Part shown: one piece after another, positions 36,706-45,962 of the stretch | How positions within the stretch are numbered: the stretch's first letter is position 1 | How the letters are laid out: each line of letters opens with the position of its first letter | Origin: an uncultured Candidatus Saccharibacteria bacterium | Lineage (GTDB): Bacteria; Patescibacteriota; Minisyncoccia; Sungbacterales; HO2-52-23 | Assembly: GCA_964361495.1 (NCBI GenBank) | Contig: CAYIAH010000003.1 | Location: forward strand, 1-60,129 | Length of the DNA: 60,129 nucleotides | Reading direction: 5' to 3' | Position numbers and translations under genes: made by a program | Notes under the pieces: model-generated | Database searches by the model: none | Told to the model about the DNA's origin: nothing | Seen by the model: the letters and a program-made list of their open reading frames with translations, nothing else

Positions 36706-37437
36706 TCAGCTCATCCAATTTTTAAAATCTGAAAGGAATTGCGCAATGACTTCATCGGTTTTGAAATGGGAAATCATATCCGGGAAAAACTTCGGCGGCA
36801 CGGTGACAATGTGCGCTCCCGCGAGTGCCGCGTCTCTCACGTCGGTTACTTTTCTGATACTGCCCGCGATAATCTCAACATTCGGATAGGAACGATCAAG
36901 AAGCATCCGGACCGCGCGCACCACTTCGTGCGGCGAGGCATCTTTTTCGTCGAGCGCACCCTTTTCAATCGCCGCGGCGTGTGTCACCGCGTGGCCGGGA
37001 TTCGCGCTGTCGCGAATTCTGCCCCAGAAGAGCGATACGTAACGGGCACCCGCCGCAGCGGCCATGGCCGCCTGACTCACCGTCATGCAGCAGGTGCAGT
37101 TGACCGAGAAACCATCTGCGGCGAGTTTCCGGATGGCCTCAAGTTCGTCCCATCCGATCTGCACTTTTATGGAGAGGTGTTCGTAACGGAACGTTTCCCG
37201 AAATTCGTTTGCCTGGCGCAGAATTTCTTCCGGATTTTGCGAGAATACTTCCACAGAAAGATGGATACCGTTCCCGAAGCGCCGGATCAATTCGATGATT
37301 TTTCCTATATGCGCGCTAAACTGCGTTTTCGGTTCTTTAGAGAGAAGCGACGGATTTGTGGTGATGCCGCGCACAAAGCCTCGTTTCAATGCGTCTTCGA
37401 TGTCATGAAGATTTGCCGAATCAATGAAGATTTTCAT
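36706..37437 (-). CDS. tal: Transaldolase / fructose-6-phosphate aldolase family (short TalC/Fsa type)
   Basis: MKIFIDSANLHDIEDALKRGFVRGITTNPSL. ATGA-coupled to gmhB. Confidence 0.85.
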   Translation of the reverse strand: MKIFIDSANLHDIEDALKRGFVRGITTNPSLLSKEPKTQFSAHIGKIIELIRRFGNGIHLSVEVFSQNPEEILRQANEFRETFRYEHLSIKVQIGWDELEAIRKLAADGFSVNCTCCMTVSQAAMAAAAGARYVSLFWGRIRDSANPGHAVTHAAAIEKGALDEKDASPHEVVRAVRMLLDRSYPNVEIIAGSIRKVTDVRDAALAGAHIVTVPPKFFPDMISHFKTDEVIAQFLSDFKNWMS

Positions 37438-37985
37438 AAAGGGTGTTGAAGTTTAATAATAAGTTCCGCGGCTGCGAAAAAATGTAATGCGCGATAGTCG
37501 CTTTTGATTCCCTCGTTGTACGGCGCGGAAATAAGGATGCTTTTGCTTCCCGCCGCGGCTGCGGCCGCCATGTCCGTGTCGCTGTCGCCGATAAAATAGG
37601 AACGGCGAAGATCAATGTTCCATGCGCGGGCCGCCTCCATGAGCATGCCCGGTTTCGGTTTTTTGCAGGAGCAGTTATCTTCGGTGCGATGCGGACACAT
37701 GCGGATATCGTCAAAGGGAAGTTTCTCCACTTCATTTTGAATGGCGCGCCACGCGTCTTGTGAAATAAGTCCTCGTGCGCGATCAGGTTGATTAGAGACG
37801 AGAATCCGCACGAATCCGTTTTGTCCAAGCAGTTCCAGCGCGGCCGCCGCACCGAGGATCAGTTCGAATTCTTCAAGCGCACGCGGAGCTGTGGGGAAAT
37901 TGAGTCCTTCGCGAACGATCCCTTTAACCACCACTCCGTCTCGATCAATAAATACTGCGCAACGTGTAAGATTGAGATCCGTCAT
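37434..37985 (-). CDS. gmhB: D,D-heptose 1,7-bisphosphate phosphatase (HAD), stand-alone copy
   Basis: VFIDRDGVVVKG and CPHRTEDNCSCKKPKPGML. Confidence 0.8.
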   Translation of the reverse strand: MTDLNLTRCAVFIDRDGVVVKGIVREGLNFPTAPRALEEFELILGAAAALELLGQNGFVRILVSNQPDRARGLISQDAWRAIQNEVEKLPFDDIRMCPHRTEDNCSCKKPKPGMLMEAARAWNIDLRRSYFIGDSDTDMAAAAAAGSKSILISAPYNEGIKSDYRALHFFAAAELIIKLQHPL

Positions 37986-38644
37986 TTTAACTTTGGCGCA
38001 AGCCCGAGCGTTTCAAAATAACGAAACTCCGCGATGAGTTCTTTCAGACGGAACGCGATGAGGTGATGCAGGAATACATGGAATGACTCCACGAGCGCGG
38101 TTGAATGCACGGGCACGACGATGGGAATGTCTGCCAATGTTTTCATTGGACCGCCTTCAAATCCGGAAAATCCGATCGTGGCGCCGCCGCGGTCTTTTAT
38201 ATACTGCAATCCTTTCAGAAGATTTTGCGACCATTTTCCGCCGACGTCAGATCCGCTGCCGCCATGCACGCTTATGCCAATCCCGATTCCCCCCGTTTCG
38301 TAATGAGTGTCAAGCCACGCGGTAAACATATCTTCTTTCGGGCGATCGTTCACAATGGCGCTGATGAGCGGGATGTTGTCCCAGGGTGCGGTTGCGCGAA
38401 GCCCCCGACTTCCCGGCTGGTCATTGATTGTTTTAGAAAGGTCTGCGGCAAAGTGAGACGCGGTGGATGCAGAGCCGCCATTGCCCATGATATAAACTGG
38501 AAGATCGGCGCGCCACGCATGAAAAAGCGCGTCAACCGCGGCATCAAGATGCCCGATCTCTTTTTCAGCGAGCGCTGAAAGCGTGTGCTCGCCGTCGCGC
38601 AGATACCGAAGAATATATTCCTGATGGTGCATAGGCGAATGCAA
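37982..38644 (-). CDS. gmhA: Phosphoheptose isomerase (SIS), copy 2
   Basis: YIMGNGGSASTASHFAADL. The ORF-track start is a TTG at 38644; an ATG alternative lies at 38632. Confidence 0.75.
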   Translation of the reverse strand: MHSPMHHQEYILRYLRDGEHTLSALAEKEIGHLDAAVDALFHAWRADLPVYIMGNGGSASTASHFAADLSKTINDQPGSRGLRATAPWDNIPLISAIVNDRPKEDMFTAWLDTHYETGGIGIGISVHGGSGSDVGGKWSQNLLKGLQYIKDRGGATIGFSGFEGGPMKTLADIPIVVPVHSTALVESFHVFLHHLIAFRLKELIAEFRYFETLGLAPKLK

Positions 38645-38710
38645 TGAATTCTAGATTAAGAAGTATCACGGGGGAGTTCAGCACGCAACTAAAGCATGCT
38701 CTAAAATTTG

Positions 38711-39688
38711 TTAGAGGAGAGTTGCGCCTTTCCAATCATAGGCGAAAGGGATTTCTTTGAAGCCCATTGTTGTGACGAGCCAGTCGTGGACATCAGCTTT
38801 TCTTTCCGGATTGGTGTAGAACATAAAAAACCCGCCGCCGCCCGCGCCCACGAGTTTTCCGCCGAGGGCCCCGCGCGTCCGCGCGCCTTCATAAATCTCG
38901 TCAAAATAAGGATCACTCACGCCCGAAAGATTTCGTTTGGCGGACCAGTGTTCGTGCAGCAGATTTCCAAAAGAAGCGGTGTCGCCCGAAACGATCGCGC
39001 GATACACGTCGCGGCCTATTTCTTTAATCGTTTTATAATACGAGATGACGGCGGGGTCGTCTTCGGCGAGTTCTTTTTGTTTTCCGAGGATCGCGGCGCT
39101 GTTGTGACGTCTGCCGGTATAAAAAAGTCCGATTCTTTGCGTAAGCGTGTGGAGGGTTTCCGATGCGACCTTCGGGGTTTTGACCTCAACGCTTCCGTCG
39201 GGCGCAATCTCCAAAAGCCGAAGTCCGCCAAATGACGCCATGTATTGATCATGTTTGCCGATGGGGCGTTTGAGAATGTCCATTTCCAGCGCCGCGGCGT
39301 ATTCGGCGAGTGTATGACGGTCAAGGGAGATATTTTTATCGTGATACAGCGTCTGTATGAGCCCCACCGCATAGGCGCCCGAGGTGCCGAGGCCCGTGCC
39401 GTCCGCGACATCGCTTAAGAACGCAACTTCAACACTGTCGCGTGTGCCCGCATGCGTGAGCGCCGCGCGCACGAGATCATTTTTAAGGGCATCCACCGAA
39501 TCCACGTCTTCGCTCACATGCGATTTGACGCGAATGCGCGAATCAAGCGCCGGGCGGTTAATGATGACGTATGCGTATTTGTCAAGCGCGACGCTCAAGA
39601 CAAACCCGCCGTGACGCGACGCGAAAAACGGGAGGTCAGTACCCCCTCCGCCAAGAGAAATGCGAACCGGCATGCGCGCGATAATCAT
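38711..39688 (-). CDS. hddA: GHMP-family heptose-7-P kinase-like, copy 2
   Basis: MPVRISLGGGGTDLPFF and GLGTSGA. Clearly homologous to copy 1 along its N-terminal region by eye, but divergent. Confidence 0.75.
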   Translation of the reverse strand: MIIARMPVRISLGGGGTDLPFFASRHGGFVLSVALDKYAYVIINRPALDSRIRVKSHVSEDVDSVDALKNDLVRAALTHAGTRDSVEVAFLSDVADGTGLGTSGAYAVGLIQTLYHDKNISLDRHTLAEYAAALEMDILKRPIGKHDQYMASFGGLRLLEIAPDGSVEVKTPKVASETLHTLTQRIGLFYTGRRHNSAAILGKQKELAEDDPAVISYYKTIKEIGRDVYRAIVSGDTASFGNLLHEHWSAKRNLSGVSDPYFDEIYEGARTRGALGGKLVGAGGGGFFMFYTNPERKADVHDWLVTTMGFKEIPFAYDWKGATLL

Positions 39689-39739
39689 GAATTAAACGTA
39701 CCGTACGCATACGGCAAGTCAAGGGGAATAATTGCTTTC

Positions 39740-41476
39740 ATGGGCGCCCTGTTATATGTTAAAAAAACTATACTTTCCAAAATGAATATCATGCCTCTAA
39801 AACAAGTATCTCGGCATCCCTATTTCTTCGTGGGAATCATTGTACTCGTGTGGCTCGCTTCATACATTCTTGTCCATTACACTGTCGGTGAATTTCTAAA
39901 CTGGGATGAAATCGAACATCTTTCTGTGGCGCGCGGAATCGTTCGCGATTTTGACTTCAGTGCGCGCGACTACACCATCATGGGGATCATCAAACAGGGA
40001 TATCCCGCTCATCTGAGTTATTATCCGGTATTTGCGACTTATTTGGCGTCCTTTATGGCGATTCTCGGAGATACGGCCGAAGTTGCTTATTTTGCAAATT
40101 GGATTGCGGCGTTAGCAACATCAATCCTTATATATCTCATTTCGCTCCGCCTCATTCCTCAAAGCCGCGCCTTCGCGTTTATCACTGCGCTCGCCTTTCT
40201 CTTCTTTCCCGGCAACTGGATGCATATTCAGTCCGCACTCATGGAGCAAGCGGGCGCATTTTTGATCGCCCTTGCCGCTCTCGTCTTCATACAAGAATAT
40301 ATGCGCGGGCGATTTACCGCATGGACGATTTTAAAATTCTCACTTCTTCTCGCGGTGCTTTGGTTTTTCAAAACGCTTCTGGTTGGTTTTTTCTTTGGAG
40401 CGGCGGCATTTTTTGCTTTTGTCTATTGGGAGCGCCGGCGCGGAAACGGCATACATCTCCGCATCTCCTTCCCCCTATTTTTAGCGGCAACCGGAGCGGG
40501 ATTTAGCGTTCTCGTCTTTCTTGGAACCTATTATCTCTTCTATCCGCTCTCGCCGTATTTCGTCGCCGTGCCCGCGCTGAAAACCGCCCAAGTATATGCT
40601 GACTTCCTCGGCGGATTTTTTAATAACTTCTGGCAGAACATATATGTGAACCTCACCCATCTCGTCACCCGTCTCATTTTCCAGCAAATCATCTATCCCG
40701 CGCAGCCGACTCCGTATCTCACTTCATTCATGGTATTCGTACGATATTATTTCTTCATATTTTTTGCGGCGCTGTTTTTTGCCGTCTCCGGATGGAAACG
40801 CATGACTCCCGTCATGCGCGTCTTCAGCGCGCTCTCGGTAGGCTCAATAATCGCATTTAACATTATTTTAAATACGATCGCCATTGAAGGGCCAGAGAAC
40901 ATTCATCGCTACAATCTTAATTATCTGCCGCTCTATCTTCCGTTCATAAGCATTATTTTCTATGCCAATTTAGGTTACCTGGCGCGATTCATGGAAGAAC
41001 ACCGACGCATCGCGCAGTATCTGGCAGGCCTTGTGATCGCCATATTTTACGTGCCGCTTTTTTTGACCATGTTCAAACACCAAATCTCTCTTCTGCACCG
41101 ATACAACACTCTCGGAAGCCGCACTTCAAAGATCATCACCGCATTTATAAGAGATTCGAAACCCGCATTTATTTATTTAAACAGAGGAGCGCACACTCAT
41201 TTCATTTCCTATCCGGTGCGGGTGGTCAGCGAGCAAGCGACTCACGAACAATTCGTCAAAGTAAATACCATTCTCCCCGAACCGATGAAATTTCTTTTCC
41301 TCACCGAACGCGACTGGCTGTATCAGGAGAATCGGGAAGAAATCGAACAGAAAAAATCAATTTTTAATGGCCAGTATGCGTATCAAGGCAGCGGTGTCCT
41401 ACCCGGAAAAAATCAAGACAAGGTAATGGTATACATGCTGAAAGAAAAAAATGCGCCTGCCGGCCCAGCCGACTAG
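39740..41476 (+). CDS. GT-C fold membrane glycosyltransferase (ArnT/PMT-like)
   Basis: Many hydrophobic segments and an acidic motif after TM1 (NWDEIEH). The start is set at the ATG at 39740 (or 39782), because the ORF-track 5' part (39452-39739) overlaps hddA antisense. Confidence 0.55.
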   Translation: MGALLYVKKTILSKMNIMPLKQVSRHPYFFVGIIVLVWLASYILVHYTVGEFLNWDEIEHLSVARGIVRDFDFSARDYTIMGIIKQGYPAHLSYYPVFATYLASFMAILGDTAEVAYFANWIAALATSILIYLISLRLIPQSRAFAFITALAFLFFPGNWMHIQSALMEQAGAFLIALAALVFIQEYMRGRFTAWTILKFSLLLAVLWFFKTLLVGFFFGAAAFFAFVYWERRRGNGIHLRISFPLFLAATGAGFSVLVFLGTYYLFYPLSPYFVAVPALKTAQVYADFLGGFFNNFWQNIYVNLTHLVTRLIFQQIIYPAQPTPYLTSFMVFVRYYFFIFFAALFFAVSGWKRMTPVMRVFSALSVGSIIAFNIILNTIAIEGPENIHRYNLNYLPLYLPFISIIFYANLGYLARFMEEHRRIAQYLAGLVIAIFYVPLFLTMFKHQISLLHRYNTLGSRTSKIITAFIRDSKPAFIYLNRGAHTHFISYPVRVVSEQATHEQFVKVNTILPEPMKFLFLTERDWLYQENREEIEQKKSIFNGQYAYQGSGVLPGKNQDKVMVYMLKEKNAPAGPAD

Positions 41477-41499
41477 AGTCTATTTCAGAAACCCATATT

Positions 41500-43392
41500 C
41501 TACACGAGAGACGATCCGAGAAACCAACGATCATACCATAGTTGAAATACAATAAGAGTCCATAATTTTCTCGCATTATTCTCTTTGCCCGCATTATGGC
41601 GATCACATAGATTCGCAATATATTCGGGGTTGAATAATCCATGCCGCCCAAGAGCATCATGAGACAGCATGCGGGCGGCAAATTCTTTTAAGTCGTGTTT
41701 TAACCAATAGCTGAGGGGCACCCCGAAACCCTTTTTTACGCGATAGACGATTTCTTTTGGAAGCCGCGGCTCCATAAGTTTTTTTAAAATATATTTCGTG
41801 GTAAATCCGCGGTATTTAAAATCATACGGCAGCGCATTCACGAAGTTGACGACGTCAATATCTAAAAAAGGGGCGCGCACTTCGAGGGAATTCGCCATGC
41901 TTGAGCGATCCACTTTCACCAAAACTCCATCCATCATATAGGTGCGCTGATACAAATAGAGGATTTTCGATTCTTCGTCAGCTGCGCGCACTTCCCCATA
42001 ATACCGGTCAATGTCTTCAAATTCATTATATCCTGCAATCTCTTTCCAGACCGATGGCGAAAAAAGCATCGCGCGTTCAGGTCGCGAAAAACTTCCGAGC
42101 CACAATTGATGCTGATACCGGCGATCTCCCCGAAATCCGTCAAGAAACTTCTTCAGCCGAAAGTCAATGCTAAAATAGGTGTCTTTCACCGGAAGAGCCC
42201 GGATTGCCGGCTCTATCATTACTGTTCTCAGCAACGATGGAATTTTTGCGTATGCGCGAGCGATCTTATCGGCCTGAAAAGTGCTGTATCCGCAGAAAAG
42301 TTCATCTCCTCCGTCTCCGGCTAATGCCACGGTGACATATTCTCGGGCAAATTTAGACAAAAGATAGGTGGGAATGATCGAGACATCTGCGAGGGGTTCA
42401 TCCATCAATTCTTCCACCATCGGAATGACCTCCAACATATCTTGAGACGTCACAATCCGTGAGGCGTGATCCGTCCCAAGCGCTTCTGCGACCATCTGGG
42501 CATAACGCAACTCGTCATAACTATCCTCACGAAATCCGATCGAAAATGTTTTAATCTTCTTCGCGCTTGCCGTTTGCGCATAGTACGCGATGGTTGAGCT
42601 GTCGATTCCCCCGCTTAAAAATACGCCGAGCGGCACATCTGCGATCAATCGCAGACGAACGCTCTCTTGGAGTTGCCGATCCAATACATTCAGCGCTTCG
42701 GGAAGCGAAGTCGCGCGCGGAGCAATAAAATTCGGCTGCCAAAATATTCCCTTCTCCGCAATTTTTGTATCCCACACGAGATACTGTGCCGGTTCCAACT
42801 TGAACATTCCCGCAAAAATCGAATCCGGAGTCGGAATATATTCATATTGCAGGTACTTATTGACTGCGCCGATGTTAATTTCTTTCCTCACGAGAGGATG
42901 CGCAAGAACCGCCTTAATCTCTGATCCGAAAACCAATGTTTCCTGAAAAACGCCATAGTAAAGGGGCTTTTTCCCCATCCGATCCCGCCCTAAAATCAGT
43001 TTCCCCCGATTAAAATCGTAAAGCGCAATTGCAAACATTCCGTTAAATTTCTCAAAACAGCGCATGCCATATTCCTGATACGCATAGATAATTACTTCAG
43101 TATCGGTCTTTGACTTGAAGAAATATCTTCCAGTGGCAAGAAGCTCGTCCCGCAGGGTCTGAAAATTATAAATCTCTCCGTTAAATACAAGTCCGATTTT
43201 CTTCTCCCGATCAAACATAGGCTGACGGCCGTCTTCGGAAAGATCAATGATACTCAAACGGGCATTCGCGAATCCGATGCCTTGAGACAAAAAGACGCCC
43301 TGCTGATCAGGGCCGCGATGCTTTAGAGTCGCAATCATCCGTTGGAGATCGCGCTCATTTCCTTTTCCAATAAAACCGGCAATACCGCACAC
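41500..43392 (-). CDS. Asparagine synthase (glutamine-hydrolysing)-family amidotransferase
   Basis: MCGIAGFIG Ntn-amidotransferase N-terminus and the SGGIDSS PP-loop. Confidence 0.85.
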   Translation of the reverse strand: MCGIAGFIGKGNERDLQRMIATLKHRGPDQQGVFLSQGIGFANARLSIIDLSEDGRQPMFDREKKIGLVFNGEIYNFQTLRDELLATGRYFFKSKTDTEVIIYAYQEYGMRCFEKFNGMFAIALYDFNRGKLILGRDRMGKKPLYYGVFQETLVFGSEIKAVLAHPLVRKEINIGAVNKYLQYEYIPTPDSIFAGMFKLEPAQYLVWDTKIAEKGIFWQPNFIAPRATSLPEALNVLDRQLQESVRLRLIADVPLGVFLSGGIDSSTIAYYAQTASAKKIKTFSIGFREDSYDELRYAQMVAEALGTDHASRIVTSQDMLEVIPMVEELMDEPLADVSIIPTYLLSKFAREYVTVALAGDGGDELFCGYSTFQADKIARAYAKIPSLLRTVMIEPAIRALPVKDTYFSIDFRLKKFLDGFRGDRRYQHQLWLGSFSRPERAMLFSPSVWKEIAGYNEFEDIDRYYGEVRAADEESKILYLYQRTYMMDGVLVKVDRSSMANSLEVRAPFLDIDVVNFVNALPYDFKYRGFTTKYILKKLMEPRLPKEIVYRVKKGFGVPLSYWLKHDLKEFAARMLSHDALGRHGLFNPEYIANLCDRHNAGKENNARKLWTLIVFQLWYDRWFLGSSLV

Positions 43393-43398
43393 AGTGAA

Positions 43399-44340
43399 TC
43401 AAATATTGATTTTCCCTTTAATATGATATGGCGTTTTCTTTTGCGATTCATAGTAGGTGCGCATCACCATCTCTGCGAGCACCCCCATGATAATGAGCTG
43501 GATGCCTACAATAATAAAGAGCGCCGAGAGAATCGGCAGAGGCGTTCTTATCAATGACCTCCCCGAAATTATTTTAAGCATAACAGCGCCCGTCCCCGCG
43601 GCACATCCGATAAAAAATGCAAATAACCCGACTCCTCCAAAAAAATGAATCGGCCGATTCATGTAACGCGTAAGAAATTTAATCAGCAGGAGGTCGAGCA
43701 CCACCCGGAAAATCCGCGACAGGCCGTACTTGCTTGTCCCGTGGATTCTCGGCCGATACTTCACCGGAATCTCTGCCACGCGCGCCCCTTTCCAATAAAG
43801 ATACGCGGGGATAAAACGATGCATCTCTCCATAGAGCGGCACGCCGGCGATCGCTTCTCGCCGATAGGCTTTCAGCGTGCAGCCATAATCATGAAGCCGC
43901 AGTCCGCCGATTCTTGAAATCAGCCAGTTCGCAATCAGAGAAGGAAGTTTTCGTGCAAGAACGCGGTCGTTCCATCGTCCCTGCCGCCAGCCGGACACCA
44001 CGTCGTATCCCTCTTTGAGTTTTTCGAGAAGCCGCGGAATATCTTCTGGATCATTTTCAAGATCACTGTCAATCGTAACGATCACATCGCCCCGCGCGGC
44101 CGCAATCCCCGCGGCGAGTGCTGCGGTCTGTCCGAAGTTTCGGGAAAATTGAATAACTTTAAGACGGGGTTCACGTCCTGCGATGCGGGTGAGTTCCTCA
44201 AAACTCCTATCGCGCGAACCGTCATCAACCCCAATCAATTCAAATAATTCTTCGCGCCTTCCCAATACGGAAAGGAGCCTCTCAACCAGAGGATTGATAT
44301 TCTCCCGTTCGTTATACACCGGAAACACCGCAGAAATCAT
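43399..44340 (-). CDS. GT2 polyprenyl-phosphate glycosyltransferase (GtrB/ArnC-like), copy 2
   Basis: ISAVFPVYNERENI, GVDDGSRDRS and DSDLENDP motifs, plus two C-terminal TM helices. Confidence 0.8.
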   Translation of the reverse strand: MISAVFPVYNERENINPLVERLLSVLGRREELFELIGVDDGSRDRSFEELTRIAGREPRLKVIQFSRNFGQTAALAAGIAAARGDVIVTIDSDLENDPEDIPRLLEKLKEGYDVVSGWRQGRWNDRVLARKLPSLIANWLISRIGGLRLHDYGCTLKAYRREAIAGVPLYGEMHRFIPAYLYWKGARVAEIPVKYRPRIHGTSKYGLSRIFRVVLDLLLIKFLTRYMNRPIHFFGGVGLFAFFIGCAAGTGAVMLKIISGRSLIRTPLPILSALFIIVGIQLIIMGVLAEMVMRTYYESQKKTPYHIKGKINI

Positions 44341-45962
44341 GGTTTTCTTCGATAAAGCTTAAGCGTGCCCCCGTCATTTCCTTCCGTATATTTTCGCGGG
44401 TATACATTCAAAGCGGTTCCCACAAGCTCGTACTTCGTATCAATAATTTCCTGGATTTCTTTCATCCCGCGCCCCGCGTCTTCAGTCCCCGTGCCCCAAA
44501 AAGGCAACCGGAGAATCGCCCAAGGCCATCGTTCTTCATGCACCGCGAAATAATCAGCGCGCTCCGCGAGCCAGAACTTGACCATCTCCAGATTATAAAA
44601 TCCAAGACGCGCGACTTTCGCTGTATCGGCGTCTCCCAGAAGAAAAAAATTGCGATTCATCAAAGGAGCGAATGTTCGCCGGTCAGCCGCAAAAATATGA
44701 ATAATGGAATTATCAAGAGCGATAATCCGATCACCGGCGCCCGTGTGCGCGGCAAGAAACGCAGCGCCCCGATTCACGCGCGCAATATCGGATTCTTCTC
44801 TCGGATTTGAAACCACGTCAATCCGATAAAGATTCCCCGCGAGACCCAACACGATTGCCGCGCCCGCCATCGCAGAAAACAAACGATTCCCCGCCAGAAA
44901 TCGTGCGCCTCCGACCACGACTGCAAGAATCATCAAAGGAATAAAATAATTCGCGTAATATACGTGACTCACGATTCTTGGATAAAAATAATGGCTTCCC
45001 ATGAGCGCGAAAGACATAAAAATCAAAAGGGCGTACAGACGCTCGCGTCTCAAAAACGATACGAGCTCCCCCTTCTTTTCCAAAAAAATTGCCGAGAGTC
45101 CCGCAAAAAATAGTATCAGGATGCCCAGATACTCCCGGACAAAAGCGGTGAACGCCTCAAGAAACTGCATCAGCGTCTGCCCCCCTTCTTTTGATGATGC
45201 AGGAAGCCCGCTCAATGGACCGATATTTCCGAAAGGGCTCACCGCATAGGCAAATGCAAGCGACGGATCATGCACCATCAATGGAAAATATCCGAGTGCC
45301 GTGAACCCCGCGACGAGAACGCAAAAGAATATAATTTCTCTGAAACTCACTTTAATAAAAAAATAGTAGGCGAGAATCGCGAGTACGGCGGCGACCATAT
45401 TCGCGCGCGTGAGAATGAGCACCGCGCTCGCCGCCGCCATGATAATTATTTTTTTATCCCGCGAGATCTTCCATGTTTCGCTCCAGACCGCGCATAAAAG
45501 AGTCGACATCACGATCGAATAGCTCGTCGCGGAAACATAATTTCCCGCGAGGAGGATATTGCTCACAATGAGCGCGAGCGCGGCAAAAGCCCATTCTTTG
45601 CTTCCATTCCGCGCCGCGAGCCGATACACAAGAAAAAGGGTTGCGGCAAAAAATGCGCTTGCGAGAATCCGTCCTGCATATAAACTCGGCCCGAAGAAGT
45701 ACTGTACGGCTCCGTGCGTCGGGATGATAAACGGGGGGTAGGGAAAAACACCGTCCCGAAACGGAATGAATTCTCCTTTCACGACAAGAAAACTGCGCCA
45801 TGCGGCAAAAAGTTCATCCACCCAAAATTCGCGGTAAAGAATCAACGCCGTGATTTCTGCCGCCGCAAAAAATGCGATACCTATGAGGCCGCAAAGCGTC
45901 AAAGCGCGCCGAGAGATAAGCGACGATCTATGCATATACCGACTGTACCTTATACTTGACAA
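44337..45962 (-). CDS. GT-C fold membrane glycosyltransferase (ArnT/PMT-like)
   Basis: Polytopic, with an acidic motif after TM1 (FWVDELF). ATGA-coupled to the GtrB-like gene. The ORF-track start is a TTG at 45962; an ATG alternative lies at 45935. Confidence 0.55.
   Translation of the reverse strand: MSSIRYSRYMHRSSLISRRALTLCGLIGIAFFAAAEITALILYREFWVDELFAAWRSFLVVKGEFIPFRDGVFPYPPFIIPTHGAVQYFFGPSLYAGRILASAFFAATLFLVYRLAARNGSKEWAFAALALIVSNILLAGNYVSATSYSIVMSTLLCAVWSETWKISRDKKIIIMAAASAVLILTRANMVAAVLAILAYYFFIKVSFREIIFFCVLVAGFTALGYFPLMVHDPSLAFAYAVSPFGNIGPLSGLPASSKEGGQTLMQFLEAFTAFVREYLGILILFFAGLSAIFLEKKGELVSFLRRERLYALLIFMSFALMGSHYFYPRIVSHVYYANYFIPLMILAVVVGGARFLAGNRLFSAMAGAAIVLGLAGNLYRIDVVSNPREESDIARVNRGAAFLAAHTGAGDRIIALDNSIIHIFAADRRTFAPLMNRNFFLLGDADTAKVARLGFYNLEMVKFWLAERADYFAVHEERWPWAILRLPFWGTGTEDAGRGMKEIQEIIDTKYELVGTALNVYPRKYTEGNDGGTLKLYRRKP

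Noticed and set aside
39452-39739. The 5' part of the 674-aa plus-strand ORF, which overlaps hddA copy 2.
   Set aside because: This region is antisense to a well-supported GHMP kinase and translates to non-membrane, Arg-rich sequence. The hydrophobic GT-C protein starts plausibly at the ATG at 39740 or 39782.
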